Source: Ptychomitrium polyphyllum (taxonomy: Eukaryota). Taken from it: a DNA stretch of 64,000 nt. Under the pieces are notes generated by a model. That model was given only the letters and a program-made list of their open reading frames with translations. It ran no database searches and was not told where the DNA came from. Shown piece by piece: positions 36,901-47,540 of the stretch (the first letter of the stretch is position 1; every line of letters begins with the position of its first letter). The stretch is taken from NCBI GenBank assembly GCA_973851085.1, contig OZ316775.1, forward strand, positions 20,770,001 through 20,834,000, in the 5' to 3' direction. A program made the translations under genes and the position numbers.

Positions 36901-39560
36901 CTGGACGCGATTAAGCTCAATGCTCGGAGAGTAATAGCTGAATTTGGAGCTCATCTTGTGCAAGTATATGTCAAACTCAGTTGAGCTTATTGAGGGGAGA
37001 AGGTGGACGACATGTATTACGGACTTGAATTTGCCTAATTTGGACAATCAGGGCCGTATCAATCTCCAGTTTGCAATCTCATAATAAGTATAAATGGAGA
37101 CAAACCGAAGAAAGCATTCAAGATGTCAGTTTATGAATTGCAATTTCCCTTGCTTCTTTGGTTGCACAAAGGTCAGCAATGTTGAAAGTTCAATTATTTC
37201 GCCATCCTCGAGTCAGAAATTCAGAAACTCTTCACGGCAAGCAATTCTGTATAATTACTCACATTCACATACCCGAGAATTCAGAAGTCAAATTCAAGAT
37301 GGTGAGCACCTGGAGCGCCATGGCACCTGCTACAACCTCTATTGTTCTAGTGCAGCTCGACCGCTGCGTTGGACACAGCCAGTCTCTGCTCAACATTGAG
37401 ACTACCATCTTTGTTAATCATTGTCCATTAACAAAGTCAAAGATCATTCAATCAGTTCACAACGAAGGTGGACCAAGTGTTTAGTTCTTTGGAGAGAGAT
37501 CGTGTAGCTGCAACAGATGGAACTGTGACAAATGCAACAAATGATCAATCTGACCACATTCCATTCTGAGGATGGTCTTTGAAACAGCCTAAAATCTGAT
37601 CTCAGGCGTATTATTGTGAGTTCATGTACTAGCTGCATAAATGCTTATTTATCTAAATTCAGAGTGTGATAGAGGTGGAAAAATGTCCAGTTGAGATTTG
37701 AAGCGTCTTATTTGGTTTATATTTGAATAAAATTGGAGTGAAGATATCTTAGCCTGATTAATAGGCCTTAAGAGACTATACATTCCATTGGTGTAATTTT
37801 TGCTGTTACACACGACAACTACGTACAGGAATGTGAGATGAATAAAAGTTCCAGTGTCGAAAATGGATTCATTCTTCATAGAAAAACTTACAGTACAAAA
37901 TTAGAGTCATGGATTAAAAATTTCGATACGTCTCTGTCATAGCTCTTAGCAGAACTGCACCGTAGGTCCATCATTCACTTTTACTCTTCGTCTTCCGGGA
38001 TGCTGTGAACCATGTTGCATTAGTTCCTGGTACCTGGTAGCGAAATGCATGTTCTCTGTTATGTAATGCACCTCGGAAGAATTATGAAATGTGAATGGAT
38101 GCGTTTTGGAATGAAAGAAGTCTTTAGTAAATTGCTACAAATGTTGTTAAACAACAAATCATCTGATGGCTCATCGCTCATATTCTGTTGCTGACACATG
38201 AAACTCATAGATCATTTTCCCTAAGAATCCAAGGCCACAAATCAAATGGACAGAGGTATCATGAATTCAGGTCAAGGACATGCATTATTTTGGATTCGTG
38301 AGCTCTTGTTAAATTTTGGGAATAAATTTCATAAAGCTTATTGTCGACTCTGACATTCTTAGTAAACGCATCGACGTGATCCCCCATTCCACATACCATC
38401 ACCTATAGTTCGAGTGTGCAGGGGATGCAAGAGACCCCTGGACAGCCTTAACAGTTCGTCAACATGGGAATTGGGGACCCCACCAGCCATGGCCACAGGA
38501 TCAGGAGGTCAGTGGCAAGAGTCGTTTGCCTGTAACAGTCCTAACCGTCTTGCGCAGCGTCGAGGCTCTCTGGCGTCGCATGGCGCCTCCACCTTCCGTC
38601 GGAACTTTTGGTAGTCGGCAATCTGGAGGCGATTTCATCGACCTTTTGGCAAGCTGTTACACCGGTCCAAATCTCCTTCACGAAGACAGGCAGTCTGAAT
38701 CGAGATTGGTGGATATGGGAACTAACATCCGTAGCTGTGGCTATGGCAGATCTGCCGGTTCTCTACCACTTATCATTTCTAAAGCACTTGCTGACTGGTA
38801 CTTAATGTATCAAACTAATTTTCAGATAATTGTTTCACCAAATCGCGGATCCGTCTGTATTTTGAGAGTCAATCCGAACAAGAAAGAAAAAAGTTAAGAA
38901 ATATTCTGGAGGAGATAGTTACTGTAAGCGTTGGCTCAATTACAAGATTCAGTAGAATGCCGACAATTTTCTGCCAGTTTAAGACTCAGAACTGGGACTG
39001 GAATTAATTAATTCATTTGCACTCTCTGCTCAGACATCCTCTAGAATCGTGTTTGATGGAATTTGATGATGCAGCAGTTGGAACCCACCGGCTAACTGAA
39101 CGGATTTGAGGTGGATGTGCCCAACAGTGCATAAATTCCTCTTCCGGATCACGTGGTGGTTTCGTAGTTGTGAAAATTACTAGAATTATGCTAACACAAT
39201 TCTACATAAACTCAAACCAGGCCAAAGCCTTGCAAATGCCGAGCATACTCCCCACAAGAACCAGTGAAATTGATGAAGCCCCCTTTAAAGTGTCCGATTC
39301 GATTAGTCTTTAACGGCCTCTAACTGTCGTGAATTCAATAATTAGCCGGATTACCACCACACACAATACATCAACCAGTTTACGCAAAGTAAAAGAATGC
39401 CTTAGCGACATGCACTAGCTCGTCCTGATCCGCAAGCTGAATACTACTTCTGTAGTGATTATCTGAAAATGGAGGAGGGTAAATTATCCAGAATCTGCAC
39501 ACGTTCATTTCTCTCGATCACGACTTCTAGATTCCGACAAATTGAGAGCTGATGATCTGC

Positions 39561-39568
39561 TATAAATC
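39561..39568 (+). promoter_or_regulatory. TATA box (CTATAAAT) upstream of the small Cys/His ORF
   Basis: Consensus plant TATA ~225 bp before the ATG at 39787. Confidence 0.5.
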
Positions 39569-39786
39569 CATGGCCAAGGAACGGATGCATTCACAGCTTG
39601 CAATATACTTCATCTGCCTCGGTCATCTCCTGCTCTGTAAACAGTTTTCAGCTCTTGAGGAGCGAATTCAATACGTTGCCTAGTCCTGCTCCAGTACTTC
39701 TGAGCACCATTCATCAATAATAGTGAATTTACACATAGTATTTCACTTTACACACACTCAAGCCCTCCTCCAGTGAATTAGTACTC

Positions 39787-40194
39787 ATGGACAACTACGC
39801 CTTCAGTATCAACAGCAATTACTACAAGGCCAACCAGGGCTCATGGTGCTTGGAGACGCTCCAATGCTCATGCTTCCAGTGCAAATCGGAAGCAGATTTT
39901 GGCTGCTTCACTATCGATGATGGTCCCGTGAATGCCAACTCTGGATCGTCAAAACGCTTGAATCATGAACCGCTGAAGACTGTGAACTTTCCAGATGGGC
40001 ATCGCTGCAAGAGGTTTCCTTGCCCAATTTGCCACCCAGGCCGGTCTCGACGTGAGGCCAAGCCACAAATGCTGAAGCAATATCCTCAAGTTGTTCCGGT
40101 CGTCTTTTATGGAGACGGTGGCCACACCTGCCGCAGGTTTCCTTGTCCAATCTGTCACACAGGGCGTGCCACTCTTCTGGTGAACGTATACTAA
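39787..40194 (+). CDS. Small (135 aa) intronless protein with duplicated GH-x-C-x-RFPCPICH-x-GR motif; putative metal-binding protein of unknown family
   Basis: ATG-initiated ORF, upstream TATA, two motif copies (39997-40044, 40120-40167) with synonymous-type codon differences, extra N-terminal CLETLQCSCFQC. Confidence 0.65.
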   Translation: MDNYAFSINSNYYKANQGSWCLETLQCSCFQCKSEADFGCFTIDDGPVNANSGSSKRLNHEPLKTVNFPDGHRCKRFPCPICHPGRSRREAKPQMLKQYPQVVPVVFYGDGGHTCRRFPCPICHTGRATLLVNVY

Positions 40195-42391
40195 ATGCTT
40201 CTGACAGAATGGCGAAAGATACATTTCGAATTCTTGCTGTCTGAAGTAATTCCAGATGAGAACATTTGCTGCATCAATCTGGAGAGCTGCTTGAAGTCCA
40301 AGACAGCGATTGATAATTTGCGGATCAGACTAATTATGTGGATCGATTGCTTAGCTACTGATTGTTAATACAATCAGTAAATATCAATTTTATTGTTTTT
40401 TTCCTTTTTGGACAGAAAAGATAACAAGGCTTCACAACCGTTTCAAATAAATCTGTTATATTAGAGTGATATGTATTATGAGTTAAATTATAGCTGTTCC
40501 GTATGGCAACTCACAAGGCAGTAGTTTGTGTTGTGGCTCCCAAAATAGTCCATTCTTATCACAAGCAGGGTACATGTATAGGACACGAGCATCATTGTGC
40601 TTGTGAGTTATAATCAGCTTGTTCAATTATCAACACTAAGATATTGTCTCAATTGTACCGATTCTTCATTATTTAGAATCATTTATAATAATAAATACTG
40701 AACGATATTCAGCAGTCTTTATTTGCAGACTTTGTGATCAGAGCTTGTCCTTGGGCTCTCGAAGATTCATTGTTCACTAAATCGTGTAGGTACACATGAG
40801 AATGAGATTTTAGTTTTTTTTTAATCCATGAACAAATACCATGTTTATTGCATGAATTCTCAAAGTTCCATGTCAATCTCAAATGTGCTTGGTTCCCATT
40901 TGCAACTATCGATCCATAGTGTTGATCCGAAGTGTTGATCCAAAGTGTAGGCCAAGCTTTTGTTTAGTGTGAAATACAAAGATGTTGTTCAAGAATGCTG
41001 TGTAAAATACGAAGATGGTGGCTACCAAATATACAACCGTGCCCAGGGCTGGCAATTCCCTTGCCGTTTGGTGAGCAAACCTGTATTGCCTGTGAAGTAG
41101 GCCAAGTACGAGTTGTGCGGGTCACTTTTTCCATGATTAATCAACACATTTTGAGTGCACAAGCTCTTGTTGGAAATGGAAACTGCTTCCTTCTTAATTC
41201 ATCTCAGGTTGTCACCATATATTTGGTGCCGAGATGAGTTCATGTCCTAGTATACATCTTCCCTCTTGCTCCACGATTTCCTGATTGCGCTCACATCCTC
41301 GTTACCAACAATCCATGATTCATCTGTGCCTTACTCACGTGATGAATATCAGGATAGGCTACTTTAGATATTGCCATCCACAACTGTATCACATGCTGCG
41401 GTCCCTTTGTTGATCTATGATTTTGAACTAACTTGTCAAAGTGACAGAATTTGCCATGTGCTACCATAGCAATCAGCTTGACAGAAGGTTGGGCATAAAT
41501 GGAGGATTATGTAGGTGTTCTCGCAGTTGGCAAACCAGTGTATTCCTAGGAAAGATGGTCCAGCTGGTTTCGCTGCCAATCGAGTAGTTCACTTGATGAA
41601 GTCACTGCACAGAAAATATGAGGCAAAAGAATCCCCTATTTAATAAGAATTTCACGTCATCCTCGCTTCATGCTTTTAAGACACTCAGATTCCAGCATAT
41701 TATTGGTTCGTATTCACAGAGAAGACACTGAATATTGCACCGTTGTATTCATTGTTTTCCGGGAGCAACAAGCTTTACACCACGTTCCGTTATTCCACTA
41801 TCAGATTGCCGTCCCTACTCCACCTCTTGACTATGTATTCCCTCCCGATTCTAACCTTTATCACTGCCGTTTCAGAGGCTTGCTCTAATCCTCTACACCA
41901 CTGACATAGCTGAGCCTGTACATAAGTTCAATCCCTTACATGACCGTTCACTCTGACGTACAGCATTATCGCTCCAAAAGTCGCAAACCTGTTTACCCGG
42001 TGCGTCGCAGCTTTTTAGGTTAGTCTTCTCATCATTTAGTGAGCGGCCTGTTGAGGATGTGCGGAGGCTCATTTGTTGGGGCTTTAATAATCGGGGGCTT
42101 CGTGGCATGGCTATGGTGGTACCGTCAGGTACAACGTAGCATTCAAGGATCCAAAAGATGGCCCTTGATTGGAAGCACGATTGATGTCGTGCTGAGGATC
42201 CTTTATTTTTGATTGAAGACTCCGTTGTGTTTAAAAAACATGTCCAATTTCCCAATTTTACGTGGCTTGTTTTCGGGTACGCTCCTAGATCACATATTGC
42301 TGATCTGAAATGCTGAAGTGACAGGATCTGTACATGCGAATGACCCTTGACACTACGAAAAAAATCGGATTCGGGGTAGAGCTCCATTGAC

Positions 42392-44064
42392 TGTCGCTAT
42401 CCTTGCCCAGTGTCCCGTTCGCGAAGTGCTTCGACTACGCCAATTACATATCATTTTACCGCTTCAGTGATCCTCTTTGGCGGCTGAAGCGAGTACTCAA
42501 CATAGGAACGGCGAGGAAGCTCAAGGAACGCATCAAAGTGATGGATGATTTCACCTTCAACGTCACTGACAAACGCAGGAAGGAGATGGCGGCCTCCACC
42601 CATCAGGTGTAGGATATAGGCTCACGCTTTTCTTTTCACTAGTAGGCACACGCTGCATGTTTGGGATTTAATTGTAGAGATAATCTAGGGCATGTATTCA
42701 CAGTGTCGAATTTGGTCCTCATACTGGAGGGCACAGCCAAAACAGTCAAACCTTCTCTCTTGCATCATAGATCTGTACACGCCCGATGGTGAGAAATCTG
42801 CCTACACAGACAAGGACCTGCGTGACATGATCCTCAATTTCCTCGTCGCTGGCCGGGACACCACTGCTGTCACTTTGAGCTGATTTTTCTACATGATGAC
42901 ATGCCCTCCTGAGGTTTCACATAATATTATTGAAGAGTTCTTCAATGTCACGCAACGGCCTGCTCAGCACACTGGAGGTACTTCACGGAGCTTTGTCCAA
43001 TCTGTTGCAATTTCGAGTTAATTTAGATTACACATGCTCGCTCACTGTCATTCAAGTTGAAGAAGAATTATTTGACAAGTTGAAATGCTTGATCTAGAAT
43101 CACTGAATGGCAAATTTGGTTTCAAAATTTATTTCCACCATTGCTACATCTAGTACCTCATGAGGATAATTTCGATTTTCATGACAGAAGTGACGGAAGT
43201 GACAGTTGTGGAGTTTTCTAAATTCTTGACGTACGAGATATTGGGGAAGCTCCATTACGTGCACGCAGCCTTGTCAGAGACTTTGAGGCTGTATCCAGCA
43301 GTGCCCATAGTGAGTACTCTGCATTACATCCAACAATTCTACTAACTCCAGCTGCGTGCCTTGTTACAAAGTTCAATTCACTGCAGGCCTGAGATTCAAT
43401 TATCTCGGAAATTTATATTAAATTGCAGCCAATACGTTGCTAAATTTTCTCTGAGCTACAAAGGAAAACAAATCATTAGAACTGAGCAAATCACCCTTGG
43501 TGTTGAGAATACAGGAAGGCAAGGAGGCAGCAGAGGACGATATACTTCCGGATGGCACAGTTGTATAGAAAGGAAATCCCACTGGATACGCACCATACTC
43601 GATGGGGCGCATGAAATTCTTGTGGGGCGATGACGCCATGGAATTCAAGATCAACACATGGCTCGAGGACGGACTTTACCAACCTCAGTCTCTCTTGAAG
43701 TTCTCGGCCTTCCAGGTAAGCAAGCTCTGCAGTATCAAATTATCAATTTCGACGTGGACTTAGTACCGGAACATGCAGTCTCGCTTCCACTTTCTGTTCT
43801 GTAGTAACGAAGATGAAGTACAATGCGTTTAAATGGCAGGCTAAATTCAGGACATGCTTAGGAAAGGATTCCGCATACCTGCAAATGAAGATGATAGAGG
43901 CCCTTGTGTTGCGGTTCTTAGCACATCACTTGGTCCCGGACCACCCCATCCACTACTGTACCATGATTGTGCTCAACCTGCAGCATGGACTCCCTATCAT
44001 AGCCACACCCCGCTCATCGCTTCATTCTTCCCCAATTTCCTACGATCAGATTACGCAAACTTAG
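42392..44064 (+). pseudogene. CYP704: 5'-truncated cytochrome P450 pseudogene, CYP86 clan, CYP704-like
   Basis: RFSDPLWRLKRVLNIG, LRDMILNFLVAGRDTTAVTLS* (TGG>TGA at 42881-42883), SETLRLYPAVP, DILPDGT, YSMGRM, degenerate PERF, heme motif FQAKFRTCLGKDSAYLQMK. Introns retained; N-terminal half not found. Confidence 0.85.
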
Positions 44065-45099
44065 TTTGTGATAAGAAAAGTCATCGACAGAGCCATGCTG
44101 TAAACACCAAAATTCCATTCCTGTCGTACATTCAGCTCTGGCATACACTGTACTATAGCCAAACCTCGGCTCTTGATTCATGTTTGCACCACACCCTCGA
44201 GGTTTGAATAGCAGACTGATCAGCAATGAACGCCAACAGTACGGATAACGACAATCTGCTCTTCATTAATCCAGGTGCTCCGATTACTAAATAACGCTAT
44301 TCTCCTGAACCTGCACGGCGTGAGATGTAAGCACAGGATTACAGAATCTCTCTTAATAAGGGAGAACAATGTAATTTGTAAAAATACTTAAGGACACATT
44401 GTCTACATATCCTTGCTCTCACGATGATCACTCTTCGAGAGAGCATCATTTCAGAATTTCAGAGCAAAGACACCGAATTCCACTACCGGTAACCAGATGT
44501 AAATCTTCATCAAAAAAGTATTCCTTCTTGAACCAATGAATGTGTAGGTCATGTTTTCAGGGTCCATTATAGAAAATCGGAGAGGAACCGCACTGCATGG
44601 TACTCAAAAAGTTCTGGTATACAAGCTTGCCTGGAACTCTTTTGCCGCAAGCTTCACGAACCTATGAGTTCCCACTTTGTGGCTTTAGAGTTTTAATTAA
44701 TCCCTTCAAGTTCACATTCTGTTTAAATTATGTTTCTGAAAAACCATTTAGTGTAAGAGGCTCCTCTAAACGATCTGAAATTGCCGTGTTCTAAGGAGAT
44801 TACAAAGGAGCCTGCAAAATATTCTCCGTTGTCCGTGTCTGCCTGCATCACATTTACTGGTGCAGAGCTCAGTAGTATGGTATTCATTTGGGAATAAGAA
44901 AAGACCGTAGCTTTATAAAATGAATTTCATGAGGCTAACCATGAGCCAAATCAATTTGTGAATTCAACAAATCGAAAAAATTGAGTCACAATCGGAACTC
45001 CTTGGCGCTATATAATCATGACTACAAGCAGATCGATTCGGACTAAGAAATCCGACCAACTTGTAACGAAAGACTTTCTCAGTCGAACTCGAATTGCAA

Positions 45100-46401
45100 T
45101 ACCGGCGGCAAGTGATGCCGCCAGAAACCCCAAGGGCAACCCGCTGCTGCCGCACACAGCTTTAAAGCTGGGCCTGGCGGAACCAACAGGGATGTCGGTG
45201 CCAGTATATTGGCTCGTCTTGCAGTGAAGAGGTCAGGAATCGGTCAGCTCCGCCCATGATCGGCATCGCAACTCCTCTCTTCACTAGGTTCACGAATCCA
45301 GGCTGGTTTTTCTGGCCCAAAACGCCGTTTACAGCATATGAGAGGTTGTAGAATCGGAATTGCATGTCGAAATGAGCGAAGCAGTCATCGTCGGTGATGC
45401 CGTATTTGTGCACTCGATTCTCCTCCGCTGTGATAGGTATCACCGTTAGTGATACACCCATTTTCTCCTTCACCACGAGGTCCACGGCATTCGTGGCGCC
45501 GATGCGATTCAGTTTGAAGGCTCCAGCAGGAAATCTCCATGAGGGTAGGTCAAGGGAGAAGGGGATGCCGTTGTATGAGAATTCCAGGTGGTCGATCTTG
45601 CTGTCCCATACGGTGACGGGATTGGCGGCGATAATGAGGGTGTGCTGTCCGAACACGAAGCCCAGAGCCTGCACCCAAGTGAAGTCGCGGTTGCGTCCCT
45701 TGGGGCGCTTGCCAATGAAGTGCGAATTGATGTGAATGTCGTTATCGGAGACGAGACAGAAGCCTTGGTCCTTGCGACCGTGGAAGTAGAATGTGACACC
45801 GTCACCGCCTATGATCTTGGGATCTCCGCACATGGATCCTCCCTTCTGGCAGTCAGCTAAGAGGCAATTCAATGTTACCACACGTTAGAATATTGCACAA
45901 TACTTACCGGCGTTGACGAAGAGTAAAGCGAAATATACTGGTTTCATACATTCATTAGTCATCACTGCAGTTGTCGATATTGAGCAGAAAATTTACAATA
46001 AGGAACATACGTTTTCCTCCGGCTCCTTCATCTTGATTTCCGGTTTCTGTTTCTTCACCAGCGCCTACTTCTTCATTTCCAATGTCAGCACCTCCCTCGT
46101 TGCCATCGGCTGCACCTCCTTCCTTGCCGTCAGCTGCTCCTCCTTTAGCATCTTTGTCCTCACCAGCTTCGCCACCTTCTTCCTCGCCTTCTCCCGCTCC
46201 TCCTTCATCGCCACCCTTCTCATCATCATCAACTACCTTGCCTTTTCCCTTGCCGCTTTTGGAAACTTCATCATCTTTCTTCTTCTCATCGTTACCTTTC
46301 TTGGCTGCAACCAGCATTGGCTGGATCACTAGCAAGGCCACAAGGGCCAGGACAAGCACCATCATCCCATGCCTCAGCCTGAACGGTCGAGTGTACGCCA
46401 T
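45100..46401 (-). CDS. Root-cap/late-embryogenesis-abundant-related secreted protein with acidic Gly/Glu N-terminal linker; 3' end appears frameshifted
   Basis: Signal-peptide-like MMVLVLALVALLVIQPMLVAA. Domain motifs CGDPKIIGGDGVTFYFHG, FCLVSD..IHINSHFIG, RDFTWVQALG, HKYGITDDDCFAH, VNGVLGQ, GVAMPIMGG. Confidence 0.85.
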
Positions 46402-47540
46402 GTTTCATGATATTGGAATCAATGATGTCAGTAATTCTTACCGCTGGCTAGGCTTGATACTTTGTTAGTGTAAAGAAATTAGTATTGCACAGCATAGTTA
46501 GCTATGGTCTGTTAGCGTACAGGTTGAAGTAACATATCTAATTTAAAAACTGATGCTTTCAAAGTTCGACAATCCCTGTGCAGACGCCGGTGTTTCTTTA
46601 ATAGAATCCGTGCTCAACCTAGATTAGGCACAGTACTCATCACTACAGTTATGAAACATTCAACGCTTCAAACTTCAATGCTGTCTGGAAAATTCAAAGA
46701 AACAAAAAGATTTTGCAAGTACCCGCAATGCCAAACGATATTGGCCTAGGACTGAGGAGAGAACACACTCTGTCATCCCTTAAAACGAATCCTCTGTCAC
46801 TGGTGTACCTTCTGTAACCACTATACAGTAATGCCGAAGGAATGGGCCTTGCTGGTAAATGGTGATGTTCTTGCTGAAAAATTGAATACACCAATGATTC
46901 CGGTGCAAGAGGCAGACTTCGGAACCGACGATGGCTACCTTTGATGTCAAACTATGGGTTACGAATCTTCGTAGATAAACCGGTGGCATGTAGAGTATGA
47001 ACTTGGCATCCTACATGGGACAAGTTGAAATGATTGTTCAAAGCTTATGGAGTTGAGCTGTGTTTGACATAATGCTGATTCCAATTGCAGTGTTTGGGCT
47101 TTTGCTCTTCAAGTGGCTACTCGGAGTGCCCAGCAAGTATTGAGACGCTGCGTGGCTGTTGTTCTTGATACTCACATTGGGACTAAAGTATTTCGATCCC
47201 CTTGTGCCCATAAAGGGCAGTCACTGCTCAGAAATGAGTTATCGTGTTCATTGGTACAGAGAATGTTCAACTTTTGGCAGATTAATGATCTCCTGGTCCT
47301 ACTTGAGCATTGAAGTGGGTGAATTAACTATTTAAGCATGAAATTGCTTAAAAGTTTCGTTGGAAAGGACCAACGCTGTCTGTATAAAAACATTCGTGAA
47401 AACTAAATTTTCATACGACATTCTTGACCTAAATTCTGCTCCCTACAAACCCACATTTCGCTACACAAATAATAGCGGATCCATGTAAAGCCTCAATGTA
47501 TTCTTTACATGATTAGAATCTACTGCTGAAACTTACACTT

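Noticed and set aside
38414..38897. Three overlapping ORFs with coding-like GC content
   Set aside because: Probably pseudogene debris, but no motif strong enough to name.
41810..41845. Minus-strand EYIVKRWSRD resembling the FAR1/MULE YILKRWTKD motif
   Set aside because: Only ~10 aa, no adjacent SWIM cysteines or TIRs; may be chance.
46082..46468. Plus-strand Pro/Ser-rich extensin-like ORF
   Set aside because: Antisense shadow of the Gly/Glu-rich exon of the root-cap gene.
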